From Candidatus Pacearchaeota archaeon (GTDB lineage Archaea > Nanobdellota > Nanobdellia > Pacearchaeales > UBA284), in assembly GCA_038886195.1 (NCBI GenBank), contig JAVZYK010000001.1, positions 529,106 to 593,105 of the forward strand: a DNA stretch of 64,000 nucleotides. The letters run 5' to 3'. The position numbers and the translations under genes are program-made. Below the pieces are notes generated by a model, which saw only the letters and a program-made list of their open reading frames with translations, ran no database searches and was not told where the DNA came from. Positions 49,163 through 58,292 of the stretch are shown here, piece after piece. Each line of letters begins with the position of its first letter. The stretch's first letter is position 1.

Positions 49163-49762
49163 ATGATAAAAGAAGCAAAAAAAAGAAAAAATAGAAATAA
49201 AGAAAAAAAAGAAAAAAGAAAAATAAAAAGTGTAGAGAAAAAGAAAAAAACGTTTAAAGCTTTTTTAGCTGGCGAACGCGTTTTTTCAACTGCTAAAGAA
49301 GCTTTTGATCTTTATAATAGAAGTCATTTTGGCGAGCCAATTGAAAAGAAAATATATTATTCTCTTGTTGAAGCTTTATATTTATTAGATATGAAAAAAA
49401 TAGCAATTTATGAAGGAAAGAAAAAATTAAGTCATGATACTTTTATTGAAAGAGCACAAAAACTTGAACAAAATTTTTGGACTCGCTATTGTGTTTTTCG
49501 CGATATTCGGTCTAGAGGATATATTGTTAAAACTGCTTTAAAGTTTGGAGCAGATTTTAGAGTTTATGATAGAGGCGTTAAACCTGGAAAAGAACATGCT
49601 AAATGGATAGTTTATCCTGTTTTTGAAACCAATACACTAACATGGCACGAATTTGCGGCAAAAAGCAGAGTAGCGCATAGCACAAGAAAAAATTTATTGA
49701 TTGCAATAGTTGATGATGAAGGCGATGTTACTTATTATCAAGTTTCTTGGATACGACCTTAA
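49163..49762 (+). CDS. endA: tRNA-splicing endonuclease EndA
   Basis: 'VKTALKFGADFRVYDRG...HAKWIVYPV...AHSTRKNLLIAIVDDEGDVTYY' matches the catalytic domain of archaeal tRNA intron endonuclease. Basic K-rich N-terminus. Confidence 0.75.
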   Translation: MIKEAKKRKNRNKEKKEKRKIKSVEKKKKTFKAFLAGERVFSTAKEAFDLYNRSHFGEPIEKKIYYSLVEALYLLDMKKIAIYEGKKKLSHDTFIERAQKLEQNFWTRYCVFRDIRSRGYIVKTALKFGADFRVYDRGVKPGKEHAKWIVYPVFETNTLTWHEFAAKSRVAHSTRKNLLIAIVDDEGDVTYYQVSWIRP

Positions 49763-49784
49763 ATTTTAAAATCTCAAAGTAGAA

Positions 49785-50681
49785 ATGGAGCACACACTAA
49801 ATGTAAATAATATTTTGGAAAAGAAAAATAAAATTTTAGAAATCTTAAAAAATAAAGGGCCTTCTTTACCAAGCGCTATTTCTAGAGAAATAGGAGTTTC
49901 TTTACTTTTTACTTCAGCCTTACTTAGCGAAATGATTAATGATAAATTGCTGAAATGCAGTTATTTAAAAATAGGAGGTTCTCCTCTGTATTATTTACAG
50001 GGCCAAGAAGCAATGTTAGAAAATTTCACAAAACATTTACAAGCTAAAGAGAGGGAGGTTTTTGATTTATTGAAAGAAAAACAAATTCTAGATGAAGAAT
50101 TGCTTGAACCAGCGCATCGTGTAGCAATTAAAAATATTAAAGATTTTGCTTTTTCATTTAAAATGAATGTTCAGGATAAAGAAAAAACTTTTTGGCGTTA
50201 TCATTTGTTAAGTCAAGAAGATGCTATTGAACTAGTTCAGAAATTATTTAAGAAAGGAGAAAAAAGCGAAGAAATAAAAGAAAAAATTGAAGATAAAGAA
50301 AATATTGAAGAAATAAAAGAAAAAATTGAAAAAATTAAGAAAGATATAAAGCCAAAAGTTTCTAGAAAAAAAAGCAAAATTGAATTTTATGATAGAGTTT
50401 ATGAATGGCTTAGTAAGTTTAATGATTTAGGAATTGATGAAAAAATAAATCAAGAAAATGTTGTTTGTATAATCTCGGCAAAATTTTCTTTTGGTATTAT
50501 AAAATTTTTAGTTGTAGCTAATGATAAAAAAAGAATTAATGAAGCAGATTTAAGTATTGCATATCAACAAGGTCTTTCAAGAAAAATGCCAGTTCTTTTT
50601 TTAACTGGAGGAGAATTAACAAAAAAAGCCAAAGAGCATTTAAAAATGCTAGGAAATTATATATTCGTGAAAGAACTTTAA
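49785..50681 (+). CDS. Hypothetical protein with N-terminal winged-helix-like domain
   Basis: 'LEILKNKGPSLPSAISREIGVSLLFTSALLSEMINDKLLKCSYLKIGGSPLYYLQG' resembles a TFE/RPC34-type winged helix. No zinc ribbon; E/K-rich middle. Confidence 0.3.
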   Translation: MEHTLNVNNILEKKNKILEILKNKGPSLPSAISREIGVSLLFTSALLSEMINDKLLKCSYLKIGGSPLYYLQGQEAMLENFTKHLQAKEREVFDLLKEKQILDEELLEPAHRVAIKNIKDFAFSFKMNVQDKEKTFWRYHLLSQEDAIELVQKLFKKGEKSEEIKEKIEDKENIEEIKEKIEKIKKDIKPKVSRKKSKIEFYDRVYEWLSKFNDLGIDEKINQENVVCIISAKFSFGIIKFLVVANDKKRINEADLSIAYQQGLSRKMPVLFLTGGELTKKAKEHLKMLGNYIFVKEL

Positions 50682-50717
50682 CAAGATTTTTAAAATCTGT
50701 AAACATAATTCTTATAA

Positions 50718-50790
50718 AGCCCTGTAGTATAGCGGTCAAGTATGCTGGCCTTTGGAGCCAGCGGCCCAGGTTCGAATCCTGGCAGGGCTA
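50718..50790 (+). tRNA. tRNA-Gln (anticodon TTG)
   Basis: AGCCCTG acceptor; D-arm GTAT-AGCGGTCAA-GTAT; anticodon stem CTGGC/GCCAG with loop CTTTGGA; T-arm CCAGG-TTCGAAT-CCTGG. The overall pattern is that of archaeal tRNA-Gln. Confidence 0.75.
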
Positions 50791-50873
50791 TTTTTTATTT
50801 TTTCTAAATTATAGTTACAAAAGATTTAAAAAGAAAATTAAATAAAATTATTTACATTATCAAAAAATCTAAA

Positions 50874-51272
50874 ATGGCAACGCTTTATGGACATGGAAGA
50901 GGAAAAGCAGGAAGTCATGCACCTGTACAAGAAAAGCCTTACTGGTTAAAATTTGAACCTAAAGAAGTTGAAGAGCTCGTTGTAAAGATGGCAAGGCAAG
51001 GAATCGATAGCGCAAAAATTGGATTGATTTTAAGAGATAGTTATGGCATTCCTAGTGTAAAGACAATAACTGGAAAGAAAATACAACAAATATTAAAAGA
51101 AAATAAAATAGAAACGCAGCCATTAGAATTAATTTCTTTAGAAAAAAAGTTAAAATCACTTAAAAAACATCTTGAGAAGAATAAAAAAGATATGACCGCT
51201 AAAAGAGGATTACAATTAACAGAAGCTAAAATAAGAAGGCTTAAAAAATATTATGAAAGAAAACAGAAATAG
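50874..51272 (+). CDS. rps15: 30S ribosomal protein S15 (uS15/S13e)
   Basis: 'GHGRGKAGSHAPV...PYWLKFEPKEVEELVVKMARQGIDSAKIGLILRDSYGIP' and the C-terminal 'LQLTEAKIRRLKKYY'. Confidence 0.85.
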   Translation: MATLYGHGRGKAGSHAPVQEKPYWLKFEPKEVEELVVKMARQGIDSAKIGLILRDSYGIPSVKTITGKKIQQILKENKIETQPLELISLEKKLKSLKKHLEKNKKDMTAKRGLQLTEAKIRRLKKYYERKQK

Positions 51273-51290
51273 TTAGAAATCTCGAAGGCT

Positions 51291-52688
51291 TTGGGGAAAA
51301 AGAGGAAAATGCTTGAGAAGGCTGTAGAGAAATTGAAAGAAATTTTTTCAAAAGAAGGAGTTATAAGGATAATAACACATCTTGATACAGATGGACTGAC
51401 TTCTGCAGTTATTTTTTCTGAGGCTTTGAAAAAGAACAAACAGATTTTTTGGATAACAACTGTTAAGCAGCTCGAAGATGAATTTCTTCAAGATTTACGA
51501 CAACAGGCAGAACGACAAAAGTGGAAAGCTCTAGTTTTTCTTGATTTAGGTTCTAGCATGTTAAGCAAATTGAAAGTTTTTAGTACTTATACTGACGTTT
51601 TTGTTATAGATCATCATGAATTAGAACAAAATTTTGATAAATCTATGAACTTAGAAAATTTTTATTTTTTAAGTTCTTCTTTTTATCATGAAAAAATCAG
51701 CGCTTCTTGTTTGACCTATTTATTTGTAAAGAAATTTTTTGATAATAAAAAACTTGCACAAGTTGCAATTATTGGTCTTATCGGAGATGTTCTTGATAAA
51801 AATATTGGCAAGATTGCTAAAGGAATTTTGCAGGATGCTCAAGAGAGCGGCATGCAAATAAAAAAAGGTTTAACTGTGTTTTCGTCTATGAGGCCCGTCC
51901 ACAAAGCTTTGGAATTTTCAAACATTTTCATTCCAGGAGTTACTGGTTATGCTAATGGAGCCTTAGAGATGCTTAAAGAATTAGGAATTGAAGTTAAAAC
52001 AAATCAAGGTTATAGGACTTTACTTGATCTTAATAAAGAAGAACTTTCTAGATTAATTACGGGAATTTTATTGAGACGAATAAATAATGGTCATGATCAA
52101 GAAATTTTAGACAACATATATTTGATAAAAATAGGTTCAAGGCTATTTGATGCGAGAGAAGTAAGTTCTATGATAAATGCTTGCGGAAGGTTTGGTTATA
52201 GCTCTTTGGCAATAGCGTTTTTAAGTGGTTCAAAAAGAGCACAAGAAAAAATAGAGGATGTTTATACTAAATACAGGAGCTATATAATAAGAGCTCTTAA
52301 TCTAGTCAATGGAATGAAAAAGATTCAGGGAGAAGATTTTGTGATAATTAATGCTAAAAATGCTATAAAAGATACAATCATAGGAACTGTAGTAAGTATT
52401 CTTTCTTCTTCTTTTTTATATAAACCGGGAACAATAATTGTAGGAATGGCATATAGAACTGACAATAAAATAAAAGTTTCTGCAAGAATTGTTAAAGGTT
52501 CAGATAGTGAAATTAATTTATATCATCTATTATATTCTATAGTCAGTATAATTGGTGGAGAAGTTGGCGGGCATTCTAATGCTGCTGGTTGTTTAATTTC
52601 AAAAGAAAAAGAACAAGAGTTTTTAGAGCTATTAGAAAAAAAATTGAATGCACAAGAAATAAAACTAGTTGTTAAAGAAAAGCTTTAA
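51291..52688 (+). CDS. DHH-family phosphoesterase, RecJ/Cdc45 (GAN)-like
   Basis: 'IITHLDTDGLTSAVIFSEAL' and the 'VFVIDHH' DHH motif, plus a DHHA1-like C-terminus 'GGHSNAAGC'. S15–RecJ adjacency is common in archaea. Confidence 0.75.
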   Translation: MGKKRKMLEKAVEKLKEIFSKEGVIRIITHLDTDGLTSAVIFSEALKKNKQIFWITTVKQLEDEFLQDLRQQAERQKWKALVFLDLGSSMLSKLKVFSTYTDVFVIDHHELEQNFDKSMNLENFYFLSSSFYHEKISASCLTYLFVKKFFDNKKLAQVAIIGLIGDVLDKNIGKIAKGILQDAQESGMQIKKGLTVFSSMRPVHKALEFSNIFIPGVTGYANGALEMLKELGIEVKTNQGYRTLLDLNKEELSRLITGILLRRINNGHDQEILDNIYLIKIGSRLFDAREVSSMINACGRFGYSSLAIAFLSGSKRAQEKIEDVYTKYRSYIIRALNLVNGMKKIQGEDFVIINAKNAIKDTIIGTVVSILSSSFLYKPGTIIVGMAYRTDNKIKVSARIVKGSDSEINLYHLLYSIVSIIGGEVGGHSNAAGCLISKEKEQEFLELLEKKLNAQEIKLVVKEKL

Positions 52689-52712
52689 AACTATAAGTTT
52701 TCTTAAAGAATT

Positions 52713-52898
52713 ATGAAAGAAATAAGAATTACTAAAAGCAAGTTTGTTAGAGTGAGATGTCCCAAATGTAATGCCGAACAAATCATATTTGGTAAAGCTA
52801 CTACAAATATTAAATGTTTAAACTGCAATTATTTGCTTGCAAAACCAGCAGCAAGCAAGGCAAAAATAAGAGCAAAGGTTCTGGAAGTCTTTAAATAG
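52713..52898 (+). CDS. rps27e: 30S ribosomal protein S27e
   Basis: C4 zinc finger 'VRCPKCNAEQIIFGKATTNIKCLNCNYLL'; 61 aa. Confidence 0.85.
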   Translation: MKEIRITKSKFVRVRCPKCNAEQIIFGKATTNIKCLNCNYLLAKPAASKAKIRAKVLEVFK

Positions 52899-52950
52899 AT
52901 TTTTAGATAAATCTTAATGATATATTAAATTTTTAATAATCGATTTAAAA

Positions 52951-53721
52951 ATGGAAGAAATAGAAAATAAAAAAGAATTTCCAGAAGAAGACGAAGTATT
53001 GTTTGGAACTGTAGATAGAATAACCGGAACAAGTGTTTTTGTAAAATTAGATGATTATAATAAAGAAGGAGTTATTAGTTTTAGTGAGATTGCTCCAGGA
53101 AGAATAAGAAATATTAGAGACTATGTTAGAATTGGACAAAAAATCGTAGTTAAAGTTCTTAGAGTTAATAAAGAAAAGGAGCATATAGATTTATCTTTAA
53201 GAAGAGTAACTGCTAAAGAAAAGAAAGAAATTATTGAAGAGAATAAAAGAGAAAAAGAATTTGAAGCTATATTGAATTTGGTAATAAAAAACAAGAGCAA
53301 GACTAGTTCTATAATAAACGAATTGAAAAGGAAGATAAAATTTAAAGAATTTTTTTCTAAATTCATTTCTGAACCAAAAGAAATAGAGAATTTATTAAAA
53401 AACACGGGTTTAAATGAAGAAGAGTTAAAAAATATTATTGAGATAATGTCTGAGAAAATAAAAGAAAAGAAAGTAGTAGTTAAATCAAAATTTTCTTTAA
53501 ATTGCGACGCTTCTGATGGAATAGAAAGAATAAAAACTTTACTTTTAGATTTAGAAAAAACTGGAGCTAAAATAAGTTATTTAGGAGCTCCAAATTATCT
53601 AATCAGTTTAGAAAGTAAAGATTATAAAGAAGCAAATAAAAAATTAAAAGAATTGTTAGATACATTAACTTTAAAAGCTAAAGAATTTAGTTGTAAATTA
53701 GAAATTTTTAAAGAAAAATAA
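52951..53721 (+). CDS. eif2a: Translation initiation factor 2 alpha subunit (aIF2-alpha)
   Basis: N-terminal S1 domain 'PEEDEVLFGTVDRITGTSVFVKLDDYNKEGVISFSEIAPGRIRNIRDYVRIGQKIVVKVLRVNKEKEHIDLSLRRV', followed by helical and alpha-beta domains. Confidence 0.85.
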   Translation: MEEIENKKEFPEEDEVLFGTVDRITGTSVFVKLDDYNKEGVISFSEIAPGRIRNIRDYVRIGQKIVVKVLRVNKEKEHIDLSLRRVTAKEKKEIIEENKREKEFEAILNLVIKNKSKTSSIINELKRKIKFKEFFSKFISEPKEIENLLKNTGLNEEELKNIIEIMSEKIKEKKVVVKSKFSLNCDASDGIERIKTLLLDLEKTGAKISYLGAPNYLISLESKDYKEANKKLKELLDTLTLKAKEFSCKLEIFKEK

Positions 53722-53742
53722 AAGAAATAAAAAAACAAAAAA

Positions 53743-53907
53743 ATGAGCAAAGAAAACATCAGATGTTTGAGTTGTGGAAAAGAGCTTTTGGAAGACGAGG
53801 GAGTTATTTTTAAATGTCCCTCTTGCGAAAAGAAAATAATAAGATGTAGCAAATGCAGAAAACTCAGCGTTAAATATAAGTGTGAATGTGGTTTCGAAGG
53901 ACCTTAA
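53743..53907 (+). CDS. Small zinc-ribbon protein (4 x CxxC, 54 aa). Not in the ORF track because it is under 60 aa.
   Basis: MSKENIRCLSCGKELLEDEGVIFKCPSCEKKIIRCSKCRKLSVKYKCECGFEGP. It sits exactly between eIF2-alpha and aEF1-beta, the slot often occupied by Nop10 or another small Zn-ribbon protein in archaeal operons. Confidence 0.45.
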   Translation: MSKENIRCLSCGKELLEDEGVIFKCPSCEKKIIRCSKCRKLSVKYKCECGFEGP

Positions 53908-53911
53908 TAAA

Positions 53912-54184
53912 ATGGCAATGTCTATTTTAAAAATAAAAATCATGCCAGTTTCTCCTGAAACTGATCTCGAAAAAATTAAAGAAGCGGCAAGGAAAGATAT
54001 TGAAGAACTTGGAGCTAAACTGCATAATACAGAAATGGAGCCCATTGCGTTTGGCCTAAAAGCTTTAATCTTAACTATATTGTGGCCGGAAGATAAAGAG
54101 TTGGATTTAATAGAAAACGCATTAGGAAAGATTGAAGATGTTAATTCTGTTCAAGTTATAGATTTTAGAAGAGCCATAGGTTAA
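53912..54184 (+). CDS. ef1b: Elongation factor 1-beta (aEF-1B)
   Basis: 'MAMSILKIKIMPVSPETDLEKIKEAA...GAKLHNTEMEPIAFGLKAL' has the typical aEF1B fold signature and is ~90 aa from the internal Met. The track ORF starts earlier at 53882. Confidence 0.7.
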   Translation: MAMSILKIKIMPVSPETDLEKIKEAARKDIEELGAKLHNTEMEPIAFGLKALILTILWPEDKELDLIENALGKIEDVNSVQVIDFRRAIG

Positions 54185-54191
54185 AAATAAG

Positions 54192-54893
54192 ATGTTAACT
54201 GAAGAACAAGTAGAAGAATTAAGAAAAAGGTTATTGAAGCAACTAGAATTGATGGAAGAAACGGAACAAGTAATGATGCTTAAGGAACAAATTAAAAATG
54301 CCAGCAAAGAGGAGTTGGAGGAATTTATTAAATCTCAGATGGCTGTAGCTAAAGAAAATGTTGATGATGCTGGATGTATTTTTTGTCAAATTGTTAAAGG
54401 AAAAATTGAAACAATAAAGATTTACGAAGATGCCGAAATTATTGCATTTCTTGATATTTATCCAGCTTCTATAGGACATGTGCTTATAATGCCAAAAAAG
54501 CATTTCGAAACTATTGAAGAGATTCCTGATATTTTATTGAGTAAATTGTTTATTTTTATAAAAACAATAATGCCTTCTTTTTTGAAAATAACTAAAGCTA
54601 AAGGTTTTAATATCCTTATTTCACAAGGAGAAAAGGCAGGACAAAGAATAAAGCATTTTTATCTAAATTTAATTCCCCGTTATGACGAAGATAATATAAA
54701 TTTAACTTGGAGTCAACTTAAAGTGGATAAAAAAGAATTGGAAATTCTAGGAGAAAATCTAAGAAAAGAAGCTTTGCGAGAACTAGAGAGTAAGCTCGAA
54801 TATGAAAAAACAAAAGCAGAGAAACGCAAAAAAGCAGAAGAGGAGAGCGAAGTCGAGAAAATAATGAAGCATATTAAAAGAAGATTGCCCTGA
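54192..54893 (+). CDS. HIT-family protein with N-terminal coiled coil and a degenerate histidine triad
   Basis: 'CIFCQIVKGKIETIKIYEDAEIIAFLDIYPASIGHVLIMPKKH' and 'GEKAGQRIKHFYLNLIPRY'. The canonical H-x-H-x-H is replaced by H-F-Y-L-N-L. Confidence 0.7.
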   Translation: MLTEEQVEELRKRLLKQLELMEETEQVMMLKEQIKNASKEELEEFIKSQMAVAKENVDDAGCIFCQIVKGKIETIKIYEDAEIIAFLDIYPASIGHVLIMPKKHFETIEEIPDILLSKLFIFIKTIMPSFLKITKAKGFNILISQGEKAGQRIKHFYLNLIPRYDEDNINLTWSQLKVDKKELEILGENLRKEALRELESKLEYEKTKAEKRKKAEEESEVEKIMKHIKRRLP

Positions 54894-55758
54894 TTAGTAA
54901 TATCAATAAATCGCCAAACAAAATGGTACAAATTAGTGAGATTAGAAATACTGGCACAAAAGGAAGGCCATATTTTATCAGAACTTTTTTATTATGTTTT
55001 TTTAATAAAACAATGTCTCTTTTACTTAAGCCGTGAACACTTGGGTTAATTTTTTGATTTTTTAACTTTATTGGTTGAACAAGCCAGTCACCTTCTGTTA
55101 AATTAGAAGGAGAAACTTTTTTTATCATGCTTGTATTTTCAGCAGCTTTTATTGTAATGTAAATGTATGGAAAAGTCAAAGTTAAAATAAAAATTAAAAA
55201 GAAAACATTAAAGAAAAAGGAAATTATTAAAGAAATTGAAGCAAGAATCAAAAAAGAAGTTCTTAATGTTTTTGTTTGATCGAATATTTTTTTAAATTCT
55301 TTAGAAAATTTCTTTTTATTTTTAATTGCAAAGAAAATAACGAAAATAATGCTATAAATGGAACCTATTGTAAAAATGTTGATTAAAAAACCCAATAAGA
55401 ATGGCTCTGAGAAAATATTGACTTGGTTAGGCGTGGTTTTTGATAAATATAAGGGAGTTGTAGCAAAAGCTATTGCTAGAGCAATAAGAAGTTTGGCATC
55501 GCCACCACCAAAAAATTTAGTATAATAAAGGATAGCGCTTAAAGAAAAAAATAGTACGAGAGAAATAATGGCATAAACAAAATAATAAAATTGCAACGTT
55601 ATTAGGGCCGCAAGTCCTCTAATTGTTAGTGCAATTGCTATTAATGAAAAACTTAGCCAATTAGGAACCTCTCTTTTTTTAATATCTGTAATCGAAGCAA
55701 AAATAAGATATGCTGCAGTGATTATTAAAAGCAAAATATCGCTTATTAAAAGGTCCAT
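54874..55758 (-). CDS. A24-family prepilin peptidase (PibD/FlaK/EppA-like)
   Basis: First catalytic Asp region 'ASITDIKKREVPNWLSF', second Asp in 'KFFGGGDAKLLIALAIAF' (the GGGD.KL motif). Polytopic, with a C-terminal extracytoplasmic extension. Confidence 0.6.
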   Translation of the reverse strand: MDLLISDILLLIITAAYLIFASITDIKKREVPNWLSFSLIAIALTIRGLAALITLQFYYFVYAIISLVLFFSLSAILYYTKFFGGGDAKLLIALAIAFATTPLYLSKTTPNQVNIFSEPFLLGFLINIFTIGSIYSIIFVIFFAIKNKKKFSKEFKKIFDQTKTLRTSFLILASISLIISFFFNVFFLIFILTLTFPYIYITIKAAENTSMIKKVSPSNLTEGDWLVQPIKLKNQKINPSVHGLSKRDIVLLKKHNKKVLIKYGLPFVPVFLISLICTILFGDLLILLIRAIFF

Positions 55759-55954
55759 TTTTATTTTTTAATTGTCCTTTCAAAGCCACCTCTTTTATAA
55801 ATTCTATATTTTCTTTTTTTCTTCAAAGCTTTTTTACTTTTTCTTTGTTCTGGAATTGCGTATTCCATAACAAGAGAAAAGATTATATATTAATAAATTT
55901 TAACTTTATAGATCAAAAAAGGCAAAAATTAAAAAAGATGGTGAAAAAAAGAAA

Positions 55955-57232
55955 ATGCCTGATGTCAATCAACCTGTTGGGCCAACTTATAGTATTGGAG
56001 AGTCTTTAAGAGCCTCTTTACCAGCAGGACTCGCAGGAGCAATTATCGGAGCAATAATCGGAGTTTTATTGAGTTTATTTGCAATTTTTAACCTCGGTTT
56101 AAGTGGTTTAATTGGAACTATCATTCTAGCAACCTTTGGTTTGATTATCGGTTTTATAGTTGTCTATATTATAACTTTTGTTTGGTATATATTGCCTTCA
56201 TGGCTAAAGAAACCCGTAACTTATCTTCTTATAATTGTTTTTATTGGTTTAATAATTTGGATCGCAATATTTTTTTGGAGACTTCCTTTGACAGGAGAAT
56301 ATTTGAAATTTGCTTCTCCTGTTTTTGATGGCTTAGCTAAAGGATGGAGAGATTTAAGAACGTCTTGGGGTGCTTGTTTGTATTTGAAACCTCCATGTCC
56401 TTTTCTTGTAGATTGGGAAACGCCCAATGTTCAAAGTGCACAAGAAGAATTGAATATAGACGTTAGATTTTCAGAAGCTAAAATATCTAAGCAAAACGAA
56501 ATATATGTTTTAGTTTCTTTAACCGTTACGAATCCTGAATTGAGTGAATTAATCGTCAAGCCTCGATGTTTTTTGGGAAAGGATAAAGTTCGTGAACTGA
56601 ATGTAGAATCTATGGGTAGTTATGCTAAAGGTGATGAATTTGTTTTTGGAACAACTTCAAGAGGCCAAGAATTGCATACAAGTTTTAGATGTAGTGGCGA
56701 AATATATGAAGCAGGAGATAAGCCCTTATATTCTGACTATCTTGTTGTTGTTCTCGAAAGACCAGTTTCTGTAAAAACTACTTGGCCAGTCCAAATTAAA
56801 AGAGGAGAAGGACCAAATTTAGGATTAGTTAAAAGCACAATGCAATTTAATGCTCCTTATAGCATTGCTTTTGCAAGCGATAATGATATGCCTTTTTTAG
56901 AAGGTAGAGAATATAGTTTTAATATCGTCTTGAAGAGAAGACAAGAAAACGCTAAATTTAAGGAGCTTAATTACATTAGTGTGAAATTTCCTGATGATTT
57001 GATGATAGAATGTAAAGGTTTCGTTGGTTCAGATCATAAATTAGAATTAAGAGAGCACGATTATGAATCCTTAAAGAAAATTGCTCAATATAGCGAAAGC
57101 GAAGACAAATTTTCATGGCCTTGTAAACTTTATGTTTCAGAAGCGCCTCCTCAAGCAGTGTTGGCCCCTGTTAGTTTAGAATCTAAATATGTAGTTTATT
57201 CAGAAAGCAGTGTAAGAATAATTAAATCTTAG
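55955..57232 (+). CDS. Membrane protein with 4 N-terminal TM helices and a large extracellular domain
   Basis: Gly/Ile-rich TM helices in the first ~130 aa, followed by a ~290-aa beta-rich domain. Confidence 0.4.
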   Translation: MPDVNQPVGPTYSIGESLRASLPAGLAGAIIGAIIGVLLSLFAIFNLGLSGLIGTIILATFGLIIGFIVVYIITFVWYILPSWLKKPVTYLLIIVFIGLIIWIAIFFWRLPLTGEYLKFASPVFDGLAKGWRDLRTSWGACLYLKPPCPFLVDWETPNVQSAQEELNIDVRFSEAKISKQNEIYVLVSLTVTNPELSELIVKPRCFLGKDKVRELNVESMGSYAKGDEFVFGTTSRGQELHTSFRCSGEIYEAGDKPLYSDYLVVVLERPVSVKTTWPVQIKRGEGPNLGLVKSTMQFNAPYSIAFASDNDMPFLEGREYSFNIVLKRRQENAKFKELNYISVKFPDDLMIECKGFVGSDHKLELREHDYESLKKIAQYSESEDKFSWPCKLYVSEAPPQAVLAPVSLESKYVVYSESSVRIIKS

Positions 57233-57239
57233 TTAAAAA

Positions 57240-58181
57240 ATGAAAAAGTTCAATATAAAAATAACAAACGTTATTGTAGTTTTGTTAATTTTTATTGTTT
57301 TGATTTTTGTTTCCGGCCAAGAAGGATGCGAGATGCCTGGCAGTAGTGAGAAAACACAGGCAAAAAAAACTGGTGTTGATTTTAATTTGATAACTGGAGT
57401 AGATTATCTAAGTTCTGGCAAAATTATAGAGCAAGGAGAAAGCTTTTATGTTGGAATACATATCGAGAATTATGATAGTAAAGCGAAATCAGGAGAGGTT
57501 TGTATTTATGACGATATTTCTGATGAATATGGAGGCATAAATAGTCAAGGTGAATGTAAACCTTTTATAATTAATGCAGCAACTATAATAAAAAAAGAAA
57601 CAAGCGGAATGATGGGTAAAAAAATAGTAGAAGAAGTTACTCCTGGTAAAGTTGATGTTTATTTTCCTGAAGAAGGTATCTATAAGTATTATGGATTGCC
57701 TTCTCAAAAAGCGCCATGGCAAAGAACTCTTTTTGTTTCGGTTCGTTATAGAGAAAGCTCGCAAATTACAGGCTCTATAAAAGTTCCTAATCCAAGTTAT
57801 GAACAAATAGCTTTGATACAAGAGCCAACACCTCTTTCAATTTCAGTTACTAAATCAATTCATAAGCAACAAGATTCATATAAAGTTAATTTAGATATCC
57901 TTTTAAGCAAAAGAGCTCAATCAAAAATCTATTCTCCCGATTTTAAACAAGAAAACGTTACTGCATTCTATTTAAGACTAGAGCCACAACAGGTTCAATG
58001 TTTTTTGGCAGGAGGAGAGCCGATAAGAAATACAATTTTTATTGAAAACGAAAGACTTATAAAATGTTCTAGTCTCGTATATATGGCTGGCGAACTACAA
58101 CAGACTTTGCCGCTAATAATTGCCCTTGATTATGGAGTAGCTATAGAAAAAAGTTATGGTTTTGGTATAAAAACATTGTAA
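57240..58181 (+). CDS. Secreted/lipoprotein-like protein, paralog A
   Basis: Signal 'VIVVLLIFIVLIFVSGQEGCE', shared with the next gene. Confidence 0.4.
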   Translation: MKKFNIKITNVIVVLLIFIVLIFVSGQEGCEMPGSSEKTQAKKTGVDFNLITGVDYLSSGKIIEQGESFYVGIHIENYDSKAKSGEVCIYDDISDEYGGINSQGECKPFIINAATIIKKETSGMMGKKIVEEVTPGKVDVYFPEEGIYKYYGLPSQKAPWQRTLFVSVRYRESSQITGSIKVPNPSYEQIALIQEPTPLSISVTKSIHKQQDSYKVNLDILLSKRAQSKIYSPDFKQENVTAFYLRLEPQQVQCFLAGGEPIRNTIFIENERLIKCSSLVYMAGELQQTLPLIIALDYGVAIEKSYGFGIKTL

Positions 58182-58292
58182 AAAAAGAATAAAGAAAAAA
58201 GAGGAAAATAAAATGAGCTGCGGAGTTTGTGGAAAAAAGCAAAAAAAGAAGAAAAAGAAATAAGGAAATAAGAAATAAAGAGGAATAAAAAA

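Noticed and set aside
49785-50681. Calling this gene TFE-alpha.
   Set aside because: Only a winged-helix-like N-terminus is recognisable. The zinc ribbon expected in TFE-alpha is absent, and the E/K-rich body is unlike TFE.
58203-58256. Tiny ORF MSCGVCGKKQKKKKKK in the spacer between the two secreted paralogs.
   Set aside because: 17 codons in an A-rich spacer. It is most likely chance, perhaps part of the promoter or leader of the downstream gene.
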